Origin: Dehalococcoidia bacterium
GTDB taxonomy: Bacteria; Chloroflexota; Dehalococcoidia; GIF9; AB-539-J10
Reading direction: 5' to 3'
Assembly (NCBI GenBank): GCA_030612025.1
Contig: JAUWOR010000010.1
Span: 7,109-71,108, forward strand
Length of the DNA stretch: 64,000 nt
The notes beneath the pieces are model-generated. The model was not told the DNA's origin. It searched no databases and saw nothing but the letters and a program-made list of their open reading frames with translations. Positions within the stretch are counted from its first letter, which is position 1. Every line of letters starts with the position of its first letter. Shown here piece by piece: positions 56,026 to 64,000 of this stretch. A program made the translations under genes and the position numbers.

Positions 56026-56733
56026 ATGAAGCACAAGATCACTTACATCCTGGTTATCGCAAGCGTTTTAGGGATAGTTTGCGCTGCTTGCTATGTGCCA
56101 GAGGAGCAGGTGGCACAGGCTCCTAAAGAAGCACCAGCACCACCGGTTGTGCTCGATTGCCAGGTATTTGAAGATAGCTTAGGGGGTGTTGCTATAGTTG
56201 GTCACGTTAAGAATGAAAGCGAGCTTACCTACAGCTGGGTTACGGTTGGTGTCAAGCTCTACAGCAAGCAGGGTGTTCTCATGGATAACCGAGGTGATAG
56301 TATATGTGCCTTAGCTCCTGGCGAAGTGTGGGAGTTCCACACAGGCAGCTTTCTTGACTTTGAGAAGCTTGGCAGATATGAAGTGTACATAAAAGACTTC
56401 GGTTGCAGCGAAGAGGAGCAGGTGACACAAGCTCCTACGAAAGCGCCAGCACCACCGGTTGTGCTCGATTGCCAGGTATTTGAAGATAGCTTAGGGGGTG
56501 TTGCTATAGTTGGTCACGTTAAGAATGAAAGCGAGCTTACCTACAGCTGGGTTACGGTTGGTGTCAAGCTCTACAACAAGCAGGGTGTTCTGATCGATAA
56601 CCGAGGTGATGGTATATGTGACTTAGCTCCTGGCGAAGTGTGGGAGTTCCACACAGGCAGCTTTCTTGACTTTGAGAAGCTTGACAGATATGAAGTGTAC
56701 ATAAAAGACTTCGGTTGCAACGAAATCGACTAG
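56026..56733 (+). CDS. Lipoprotein with two near-identical tandem ~104-aa domains
   Basis: Lipobox IVCAAC; 312-bp DNA units 56101..56412 and 56413..56724 differing at a handful of positions. Confidence 0.65.
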   Translation: MKHKITYILVIASVLGIVCAACYVPEEQVAQAPKEAPAPPVVLDCQVFEDSLGGVAIVGHVKNESELTYSWVTVGVKLYSKQGVLMDNRGDSICALAPGEVWEFHTGSFLDFEKLGRYEVYIKDFGCSEEEQVTQAPTKAPAPPVVLDCQVFEDSLGGVAIVGHVKNESELTYSWVTVGVKLYNKQGVLIDNRGDGICDLAPGEVWEFHTGSFLDFEKLDRYEVYIKDFGCNEID

Positions 56734-56889
56734 TTAGAACGAAGAACATTATACATACCCACGAGCTTAACCTCACCGCTTAACCATGGCTCTTTTCTAC
56801 CAGTTGATGATTTTCCTTAGCTCCTTGGCTTGATTCCGAGTTAAGTCTACCTCAGCACTAGATTTATAGATAGAATAGGAGGTATTCAC

Positions 56890-57408
56890 ATGATGCCACA
56901 AAAATCAATTCCCACAAAAGAGCCACAAATCCTGGAAATGCCATCACAAAAGATGGCTGTAGTCTATATGAGGGGTGACCCAAACAAGGTAATGCCCCAA
57001 TTCCTGCCAGCGCTCTATGGTTCAGTCTACAAACTGAAGTTCGAACTCAAAAAGAAAGGCATCGAATTTAAAGTGGACAAGCTGCGAGCAAGATGGCCTA
57101 ATGCCCATCTTGTCCCTAAAGACGAATGGCTGGGAATCTGTGGCCTGCCTATTCCCGAAGACACGACTTCTCTGCCACAAAAAGTCCCCGGCATCGAAGT
57201 CAAGATCGAGCAGTGGGACTACGGCACAGTAGCACAAATTCTCCACATCGGGCCTTATAGTGAAGAGGGAGCCACGGTTGAGCGCCTGCATAAATTCATT
57301 GCAGACAGCGGCTACGAAATAGCCGGCGTTCATGAGGAGGAATACCTCACGAGCCTTGATGCAAAAGTCCAGAAGACCCTCATACGATACCCTATCAGGA
57401 AGAAATAG
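56890..57408 (+). CDS. GyrI-like small-molecule-binding domain protein
   Basis: Effector-binding-domain-like layout, HIGPYSEEGATVERLHKFIADSGYEIAGVHEEEYL. Confidence 0.55.
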   Translation: MMPQKSIPTKEPQILEMPSQKMAVVYMRGDPNKVMPQFLPALYGSVYKLKFELKKKGIEFKVDKLRARWPNAHLVPKDEWLGICGLPIPEDTTSLPQKVPGIEVKIEQWDYGTVAQILHIGPYSEEGATVERLHKFIADSGYEIAGVHEEEYLTSLDAKVQKTLIRYPIRKK

Positions 57409-57479
57409 GTAGATCGGGACCTCAGTTATGTGCGAGCAAGCAGAGATGGTAAAAGACAGATATTAATAGTAAAATCAAT

Positions 57480-58232
57480 TTGGTCCACCGCATGGAGAAG
57501 CATAGCGAGCAAATACGTAGCCATCCCTTTGTTGACGAAGTTATTGCTGACAGTGGGCCTGTCTTACGGCAGTTATTAAGCCCGAAGCAGCGTCCCACGA
57601 GGCGCTCAGAGCCAGAGCGTTACTTTTGGTCCGTACGGTTCTATATACATAACCTCTGTGATTCCTTCACACGTCTGGAACACATACGAACTTACTTGGC
57701 TCACATTAGAATTTCCAAGCAATATAGGCAAGACGGGATCACTCGAACGAGTTACATCGAATATCATTCTTCCAACCATGCTGTTATTCTGGTGGGTATA
57801 TTTGACATCGCATTAATCCTGACAAGCAATGTATTCCGGCTTGGCATTGCTGAGAAACAATGCCGCTCAGACCTTATTATGCAGAACGCTTGGGTCCACG
57901 AGAGAGGGATTGATAGAATCTTACGACAACTGGATTCTGCTGTATCACCACTGCGTGAGCCACGGAACCTATTTGCTCATCGCGGGATACCTCGAATGGA
58001 TGAATTTCTCACAGCCTTGGGTGAGTACGATGCTTTGGAGGAAAAGGGTCTCCTAAAAAAGATGCCTAACCGTTCCAAAGTTGAGCTAGTATATAAAGAA
58101 AAGATTTCAGGAATTCTAGATGAACTGAGCAAGCGCGAGGAATCAGCCTTCAACCCTACGATGGAACTACTTACGGGCCTACACCCAGTATATAACTCCT
58201 GGAAGAAGTTTTTTGCAACGCAGGAGAAATAG
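57480..58232 (+). CDS. Hypothetical protein with HEPN-like Rx4HxG motif (possible Abi/defence nuclease)
   Basis: REPRNLFAHRG motif in helical context; no neighbours of same system recognised. Confidence 0.3.
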   Translation: MVHRMEKHSEQIRSHPFVDEVIADSGPVLRQLLSPKQRPTRRSEPERYFWSVRFYIHNLCDSFTRLEHIRTYLAHIRISKQYRQDGITRTSYIEYHSSNHAVILVGIFDIALILTSNVFRLGIAEKQCRSDLIMQNAWVHERGIDRILRQLDSAVSPLREPRNLFAHRGIPRMDEFLTALGEYDALEEKGLLKKMPNRSKVELVYKEKISGILDELSKREESAFNPTMELLTGLHPVYNSWKKFFATQEK

Positions 58233-58337
58233 ACAGTGACTAATATTGAGAGGCAAGGAATACCGTGAACTGGATGCGCTACACTTCGCTAAATGACCTA
58301 CCACAAAAAGATTGGCAGTGAAACTGCCTGTCAATCA

Positions 58338-58907
58338 CTAGAAGTGCGGCTTACAAAGAATTTCCTTCACTCTGAGATCAAAGAAGTCCTGCGAAGTAAC
58401 CGGTCTCAGCACAAGAGCAGTATCTGCCCCTCTGTGGGTGCCCCCTATGGCTATGACATCCTCATCAGTGCATACTAGACCAGCATCGGCTGCCATGATG
58501 GCGATCTCACAAGCTACCTTCATACCCCGTCCAAAAACGTACAGGGTCCTGGCCACTACTTCTTCAAAGAGATACATGTTGAACTTCTTGCGCATAGCCC
58601 TGCTCAGCCCTGAGAAAGCATGTGTAGCAGTAAGTACTACAGCACCGTTACTTTCCACCTTCTGCTTGTTTTCCTCACTGAACTCCTGAGTATTTGGTTC
58701 TTTAAAGCCGGCAGAATGGCTAACCACGACTACCCTAGCTCCCCGGAATGCCTCTGTAGCTTTCACCGCAGTATCTCCAGTAGTGGACGCCACCACAATG
58801 TTCTTGATGCCTAACTCTTCCGCTCTGGCCTTAGCTATGCGAAGCACGTCATCTGTATTCTCAGGACCAGGCGTTGAGAAATAAACGATATTTCCTTCTA
58901 TTCCCAC
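58338..58907 (-). CDS. Pyruvate kinase alpha/beta-domain-like protein
   Basis: GTG start 58907 with AGGAGG RBS 8 nt upstream; VGIEGNIVYFSTPGPENTDDVLRIAKARAEELGIKNIVVASTTGDTA. Confidence 0.5.
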   Translation of the reverse strand: MGIEGNIVYFSTPGPENTDDVLRIAKARAEELGIKNIVVASTTGDTAVKATEAFRGARVVVVSHSAGFKEPNTQEFSEENKQKVESNGAVVLTATHAFSGLSRAMRKKFNMYLFEEVVARTLYVFGRGMKVACEIAIMAADAGLVCTDEDVIAIGGTHRGADTALVLRPVTSQDFFDLRVKEILCKPHF

Positions 58908-59045
58908 TCTTTGTACCTCCTGATGAGATTTCTTTCCTATGCCTGAGTTCCAAATATAAGCTAACGAGTATAAGTAAAAGGGCAAGCGAAGTCAAGGAAG
59001 AGGTAGACAAATTTGCTATGTCATAATGCAAAAGGTGATGAACTC

Positions 59046-59365
59046 TATGAAGTGGATACGCTACACCGCCCTAGGAATAGGTATTGCCTTTGGATTGTTG
59101 TTCCTGACTTTTGCCATCGGCGAGGGCTTTAGCGGAGGCTTTGGAGACATTCCCGGCCCTAATGATTGCAGCTACCACTGTAGCGTGGAATCATGAGCGA
59201 ATTGGTGGCTGGTGGTTGATTATAGGTGGCATTATCACCGGAATACTCTTTACCATCAGGCTTATAGACAGGCCAATGAATCTTCTATGGATATTCTTGG
59301 TTTATCCACTGCCCATGTTGGTAGCCGGAGTGTTATGGGTGCTTCACGCAGCGAAAATAGCCTAG
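59046..59365 (+). pseudogene. Small multi-TM membrane protein apparently split by a frameshift near 59150
   Basis: Frame 0 MKWIRYTALGIGIAFGLLFLTFAIGEGFSGGFGDIPGPN..stop; frame +2 continues with three TM helices (ALMIAATTVAWNHERIGGWWLIIGG...); switch in CCCGGCCCT tract. Confidence 0.4.
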
Positions 59366-59443
59366 GTTTTGCACTGATTTCCTTCCACCTCAAAGGTGAG
59401 ATTCCCATAGACATCATGCACGATGTTCAGGCCTTAGAGTAAA

Positions 59444-60007
59444 ATGAGCGTAATGGAAGAAATTAATCTCGCAGGTTGCTGCGGAATATTCTGTGGTTTG
59501 TGTAGCAAATACCAGTCGAAGGCGCCAAGCAGGTGTATCGGCTGCCAATTAGGTGAGCAACACTCGTGGTGTAGCATCTACCGGTGCTGCGTGATGAAGA
59601 AAGGATTCACTACCTGCGCTGAATGTGAGGAATATCCCTGTGAAAGGTATTCTAGAAGGGGTTGGGGAACAGACCAATGGACACGAACCGCCCAGGAGAG
59701 CTTAAATAGCATTAAGGAAATTGGGATGAGAGGTTGGCTGGAGGAGCAGAGAAGGCGGCGGCTATTACTGGAAAATCTGCTCACCAATTATAATGAGGGT
59801 AGGTCAATGAGCTTCTATTGCTTGGCTGTGGCACTTATGCCTTCTGGACTGATTGATAAAGCGATAAATGAGTTGAAGGAAAAACTGGCTATCAATCAGA
59901 TCGATAACTCGGACATAAAAGCCAAGGCAACCACACTCAGGGGAATTATTCAAGGCTTGGCTCAAGAATATGGCATCGAGTTAAAACTTAGAAAGAAGGG
60001 AGGATAA
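59444..60007 (+). CDS. DUF3795 Cys-rich protein
   Basis: CCGIFCGLC...C..C..C..CCVMKKGFTTCAECEEYPC pattern. Confidence 0.6.
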   Translation: MSVMEEINLAGCCGIFCGLCSKYQSKAPSRCIGCQLGEQHSWCSIYRCCVMKKGFTTCAECEEYPCERYSRRGWGTDQWTRTAQESLNSIKEIGMRGWLEEQRRRRLLLENLLTNYNEGRSMSFYCLAVALMPSGLIDKAINELKEKLAINQIDNSDIKAKATTLRGIIQGLAQEYGIELKLRKKGG

Positions 60008-60009
60008 AA

Positions 60010-60513
60010 GTGGTTACTAAAGTAGAGGAGGTTAAAAATTTGGTTGAGCTGGGAATTAAACAACCCCAAGAAGCATTTCCTAGAATTAAGCAGTTGGCCC
60101 AGAGCAATGACTGGAAGGTGCGAGAGGTAGCCGCCACTTGCTTGGTTGAAATTAGTAAGAAGAAAACCGATGAAGTGATTCAAGAAATGATGCACTGGGC
60201 TGATGGCGGTAACCCGAATGTTAGAAGAGCTTCGAGTGAGGGCTTAAGAAATGCTGCTAGAAGAAACCCTGATAAGGTGCTCTCTGTTATTGAGAAATTG
60301 AAGAAGGATGATAACCTTTATGTCAAGAAATCCGTCGCCAATGTGCTCAGAAATGCCTCAAGATACAATCCAAATCTAGTATTTGAGCTATGCCAGAAAT
60401 GGGCACTCCTTGGAAATCCCAATACCAACTGGATAATCAAAAAGGGGATCAAAAACCATCTCTCGAACAACAAAGGTAGGGAAAATATCGCTACTTATTG
60501 TGTTATCATATAA
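60010..60513 (+). CDS. DNA alkylation repair (AlkD-like HEAT repeat) family protein, short
   Basis: NDWKVREVAATCL, NPNVRRASSEGLRN, NLYVKKSVANVLRN HEAT-like repeats. Confidence 0.55.
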   Translation: MVTKVEEVKNLVELGIKQPQEAFPRIKQLAQSNDWKVREVAATCLVEISKKKTDEVIQEMMHWADGGNPNVRRASSEGLRNAARRNPDKVLSVIEKLKKDDNLYVKKSVANVLRNASRYNPNLVFELCQKWALLGNPNTNWIIKKGIKNHLSNNKGRENIATYCVII

Positions 60514-60527
60514 GCGGAGGTATCTAG

Positions 60528-60782
60528 GTGAAGGCAATTGAGTCAAGGGCTGAAGTTTATCTGATGGCTTTGCAATCTCTCTCTAAGGCAGAAAAGGAGA
60601 TAGTGCTTACCCGTTTGTTAGAAGACGCAAAACTAAGGGAAGACATTCTTGATTTAGCGCTTTTCCAACAGCGTCAAGGAGAACCCTCACGACCTTTTAG
60701 GGAATACTTGGCTGAGAGAAGAAAATGGACAAACTCCCCGCACCTATCCATACCCGTATCAGCAGGAAAATCCTCTCCCTAG
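60528..60782 (+). CDS. Putative antitoxin of RelE/ParE pair
   Basis: Small ORF immediately upstream of and overlapping the toxin gene. Confidence 0.4.
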   Translation: MKAIESRAEVYLMALQSLSKAEKEIVLTRLLEDAKLREDILDLALFQQRQGEPSRPFREYLAERRKWTNSPHLSIPVSAGKSSP

Positions 60783-60943
60783 AAAACAATCCTAGACCTA
60801 GAGGAGCAAAGAAACTCAGTGGTCGGGAAGAATATCGCCTTCGACTCGGTGAATATAGAATCCTATACACCATTAATGATAGGGATGGCATAATCACAGT
60901 TTTTGCTATAGGCCACCGCCGGGAAGTATACCGTCAAATCTAG
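60725..60943 (+). CDS. Type II toxin, RelE/ParE family
   Basis: KLPAPIHTRI...EYRLRLGEYRILYTINDRDGIITVFAIGHRREVY. Confidence 0.7.
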   Translation: MDKLPAPIHTRISRKILSLENNPRPRGAKKLSGREEYRLRLGEYRILYTINDRDGIITVFAIGHRREVYRQI

Positions 60944-61344
60944 GACTTAACATCAGTGATAACCCATGCCTCCAATAAAAGGGAAATCCCTATTATTTGG
61001 TTGCGGAATATTCGCATGGCAAGCGAAGTGCCAAACCAAATCCAGGTCAAATCAATCTTAAATAAACACGGAATTAAACATAGCATTATTTAGCCGCAGC
61101 TTGGGGCGGGATACTTTACATTTATCGCCTATTTGCCATCTCCTCTCAAACTGAAAACCACCCAACTAGCATAAAACTGGCTTTGTTATAATTGTGATAT
61201 ATTAAAAGATATGGCATGAGATAATGCAGGCTAGGCCGAGACACGCACAGAGTTCGTATATTTCGATGTTAAACGAAATCGAAAGACCTAAAAACCAGAA
61301 TATTCATATCTTAATTTATTAATCCACCAAATAGAGGAAATATT

Positions 61345-61551
61345 ATGAAAGAAGAAGCAAAAATATCTCTTTCCCGCAATGCTGTAATAATATTTTTTGC
61401 CATTGTAATTATCACAGTGATTCTGATTGAAGATATAGCTAAAACCTCCTTATCAAAGCTATATATAATGCTACCGGCATTATTTATCTTGGGTGAATGC
61501 ATTAAGGCAGGTGATACAAAAAAGATAGTTCCAACAACAATTAATGCTTAA
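61345..61551 (+). CDS. Small hydrophobic protein, hypothetical
   Basis: ORF in AT-rich region; 2 TM; weak support. Confidence 0.25.
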   Translation: MKEEAKISLSRNAVIIFFAIVIITVILIEDIAKTSLSKLYIMLPALFILGECIKAGDTKKIVPTTINA

Positions 61552-61678
61552 TGTTTTTGCCAGTGCACGAACTTCCCTTATCTGCAAAACGTGATATGAA
61601 ATCATGGACATTGGGCCTGGAAAATGATAAAACATTAAGAAGGGTCGAATTTATAACAAACAAGTAGGAGGTGGGAAA

Positions 61679-61960
61679 ATGCTATCAACAATACCGATAA
61701 ATCTTGACAAGGTAAGAAAAGAAGATTTGGATAGAGAGACACTGAGAGTCGGAATAATAGCTGAATTAGATGCTGTAAATCTCTACGAGCAATTGGCAGC
61801 CATGACTGAAAATAGAAATATTAAGAAGCTTCTTTTGGATATAGCAAAAGAGGAAAAGACCCATATAGGAGAATTTCAAGCTCTGTTACTAAAACAAGAT
61901 GAAGAGCAAAAAAGGGAATTAGAAGAGGGCAAGAAAGAGGTTGATGAGTTAATAAAATAA
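61679..61960 (+). CDS. Ferritin-like/rubrerythrin-type small protein
   Basis: [12 protein letters not shown] and EEKTHIGEF (ExxH) motifs; GGAGGTGGG RBS. Confidence 0.4.
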   Translation: MLSTIPINLDKVRKEDLDRETLRVGIIAELDAVNLYEQLAAMTENRNIKKLLLDIAKEEKTHIGEFQALLLKQDEEQKRELEEGKKEVDELIK

Positions 61961-61973
61961 AGGGGGGGGGAAT

Positions 61974-62588
61974 ATGGAAACAGCCAAGTCTTACTCTTTG
62001 CCAAAACTGCCCTATGAATACAAGGACCTAGAGCCATATATATCTGAAGAACAATTGAAGATTCACCACAGTAAGCATCATCAAGCATATGTTAATGGCG
62101 CAAATGCAATACTTGAGAAGCTCGACAAAGCACGAAAAGAGGATGCTGCCCTAGATATCAGAGCCACCTTAAAGGAACTGTCTTTCAACATAGGAGGGCA
62201 TTTACTTCACTCATTGTTCTGGGGCAACTTAGCGCCAACTGGCAAAGGCGGTGGAAAGCCAGGCGGGGTTTTCGGCGAGATAGTAGAGAAAGAGTTTGGT
62301 AGCTTTGAGAGATTCAAAAAGGAATTCACTCAAGCCGCTATTAGCGTGGAAGGCTCCGGATGGGCAGCGCTTACTTTCTGCAAGCAAACCAATAGACCAA
62401 TAATAATGCAGATAGAGAAGCACAATACTAACATCTACCCTATGTTTCGAATTCTAATGGTTCTCGATGTCTTTGAACATGCATACTACCTTGATTACAA
62501 GAACGAAAGAGCCAAATTTGTCGATGCCTTCTGGAGCATCGTTAACTGGGATGAAGTAAACAAAAGGCTTGAAGAATTATTGAAGTAG
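61974..62588 (+). CDS. Fe/Mn superoxide dismutase
   Basis: [26 protein letters not shown] and DVWEHAYY-type C-terminus. Confidence 0.9.
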   Translation: METAKSYSLPKLPYEYKDLEPYISEEQLKIHHSKHHQAYVNGANAILEKLDKARKEDAALDIRATLKELSFNIGGHLLHSLFWGNLAPTGKGGGKPGGVFGEIVEKEFGSFERFKKEFTQAAISVEGSGWAALTFCKQTNRPIIMQIEKHNTNIYPMFRILMVLDVFEHAYYLDYKNERAKFVDAFWSIVNWDEVNKRLEELLK

Positions 62589-62796
62589 TATATTGCAACG
62601 TTGATGCTTTGTGGCAAACTGGTTAGAAATTGAAGTGCGCTCCTGGCCTATAACTTTGTGGTTGGTTCGCTCCCCTGTCTTTGCGCCTGTAAAACTCAGG
62701 CTTTGCTGGCACTTCGTTCGCCCGGATGCTCGCAAAGCTTGGGGGATATGATGCAGCAATAATTACTGCATCATATAAAGGAAGGGGTGAGGCCAG

Positions 62797-63537
62797 ATGA
62801 AACGTCCCAGGTCGCAGATTATCTTAGGCTTATCACTAATTGCAATATCTGCAATTCTCTATCTCTTTCATTATGCAATCTTTAGAGATCCCCGCCATAT
62901 CTTCCTTTGGAGTATGACAAGCCTTGCGTTTCTCCCTATTTCGGTCCTGTTTGTTACTCTGATAATAAATCAGTTGCTGAGTAAGAGAGAAAAGCGAGCC
63001 CGGCTGGAAAAGTTGGATATGGTCATAGGAACGTTCTTTAGTGAAGTTGGAACAAGACTGTTGGCTTTTCTTTCCGACTCTGACCCTAAATTGGATGAAA
63101 TCAGAAAAGAACTTGTTGTGACCAGCGATTGGTCTGAACAAGAATTTGCTGGTGTCAGCAAGCGCCTCAAGAATTACGATTACGGGGTCGAGATGGAAAA
63201 GGTGGATTTAGAAGATTTACGAAGTTTCCTTGGAGGAAAAAACAACTTCTTACTGAGGCTACTGGAAAACCCGACTTTATTGGAGCACGAGGCCTTTACA
63301 GAGCTACTTCGAGCGGTGTTTCATTTGACTGAGGAATTATCCGCCCGGAAAGATACGAGAAAGTTGCCCACTTCCGACCGTGAGCATCTCGCTGGTGATA
63401 TAAAAAGAGTGTATGTTTTACTTGTCCGTCAATGGTTGGATTATATGAGATATTTGAAGGATAACTACCCCTATCTCTTTTCTCTCGCCGTAAGAACCAA
63501 TCCTTTTGATCAAAAAGCATCGCCGATAGTGAAATGA
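62797..63537 (+). CDS. Membrane protein, hypothetical (2 N-terminal TM + cytoplasmic helical domain)
   Basis: GGGGTGAGG RBS; no family recognised. Confidence 0.35.
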   Translation: MKRPRSQIILGLSLIAISAILYLFHYAIFRDPRHIFLWSMTSLAFLPISVLFVTLIINQLLSKREKRARLEKLDMVIGTFFSEVGTRLLAFLSDSDPKLDEIRKELVVTSDWSEQEFAGVSKRLKNYDYGVEMEKVDLEDLRSFLGGKNNFLLRLLENPTLLEHEAFTELLRAVFHLTEELSARKDTRKLPTSDREHLAGDIKRVYVLLVRQWLDYMRYLKDNYPYLFSLAVRTNPFDQKASPIVK

Positions 63538-63583
63538 ATGGCTCTGCTTATCTTAGCTGATAGTGTGGAAGGAGGATAGCATA

Positions 63584-64000
63584 ATGCTTACCAACCATGC
63601 ATCAGCAGAACCATCAAGAAAGTGGACCTTACGGTGCTTTCTTCAACCGGGTGACATAGGTTACATCGTTTCTCTTCATGGGACCTTATATGCCCAAGAG
63701 TGTGGCTACGACCAAACGTTCGAAGCGTATGTTGCTGCTGGCCTGGCTGAGTTCATCCAATCGTTCAATACAGACACCAATAGGCTCTGGTTAGCAGAGG
63801 TAGAAGGTCAAGTTATTGGTTCGATTGCTATTGTCGGGCATTCAGAGTCCGAGGCTCAGCTTCGCTGGTTCCTTGTCCATCCCGCCTATCGAGGCCTTGG
63901 CCTTGGTCGAGCACTCTTGACTGAAGCACTTCGGTTCTGCAAGGAGCACAATTACAAAACTGCTTTCCTTTGGACGGTGAGAGAATTAAGTGCCGCCCAT
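63584..64000 (+). CDS. GNAT family acetyltransferase (3' end beyond window)
   Basis: GGAGGA RBS; RGLGLGRALL motif; runs off window end. Confidence 0.6.
   Translation, partial: MLTNHASAEPSRKWTLRCFLQPGDIGYIVSLHGTLYAQECGYDQTFEAYVAAGLAEFIQSFNTDTNRLWLAEVEGQVIGSIAIVGHSESEAQLRWFLVHPAYRGLGLGRALLTEALRFCKEHNYKTAFLWTVRELSAAH

Noticed and set aside
59280-59295. DnaA-box-like TTATCCACT
   Set aside because: It is a single isolated near-match inside a coding region, with no cluster and no dnaA/dnaN context.
62640-62720. tRNA-like T-loop GGTTCGCTCCCC in the intergenic region after the SOD gene
   Set aside because: No acceptor/D/anticodon arms could be paired by eye, so a tRNA is not supported.

Overview
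This is a bacterial chromosomal segment of roughly 49% GC (GC estimated by eye; bacterial: RF2 with programmed frameshift, sigma-70, DnaG, NAD-dependent LigA, RecO/RecR, DnaX). The middle, about 24.4-52 kb, is a dense housekeeping block: prfB, nfi, rpsP, dgt-dnaG-rpoD, pheA, trkH-trkA, recO-recR-dnaX, an ECF sigma/anti-sigma pair, gap, eno, pth, ligA, tsaA. Both flanks look accessory.

The most striking feature is at least five families of short palindromic interspersed repeats packed into intergenic regions. Three of them are REP-like, with GTAG...CTAC termini. One REP-associated tyrosine transposase (RAYT) gene sits between tandem REP arrays, splitting an AMMECR1 / radical SAM (AmmeMemoRadiSam) gene pair.

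The left flank (1-9 kb) has two giant acidic cell-surface proteins that share a C-terminal FN3-like module and TM anchor. One of them carries a juxtamembrane C2H2 zinc finger. They are followed by a tubulin/FtsZ-superfamily GTPase whose motifs (GQCG P-loop, NTD, GGTGSG) look CetZ/tubulin-like rather than like canonical bacterial FtsZ. I rate this as the best candidate for an undescribed cytoskeleton/envelope module.

Other notable features:
- A frameshifted S8 subtilase (about 1460 aa) with tandem FN3 units and a dockerin.
- A relic copy of the ligA 3' end flanking an inserted lipoprotein gene.
- A near-identical 312-bp tandem duplication inside a lipoprotein gene.
- Two HEPN-motif proteins.
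- Three toxin-antitoxin pairs.
- An AT-rich ORF-poor stretch near 61 kb.
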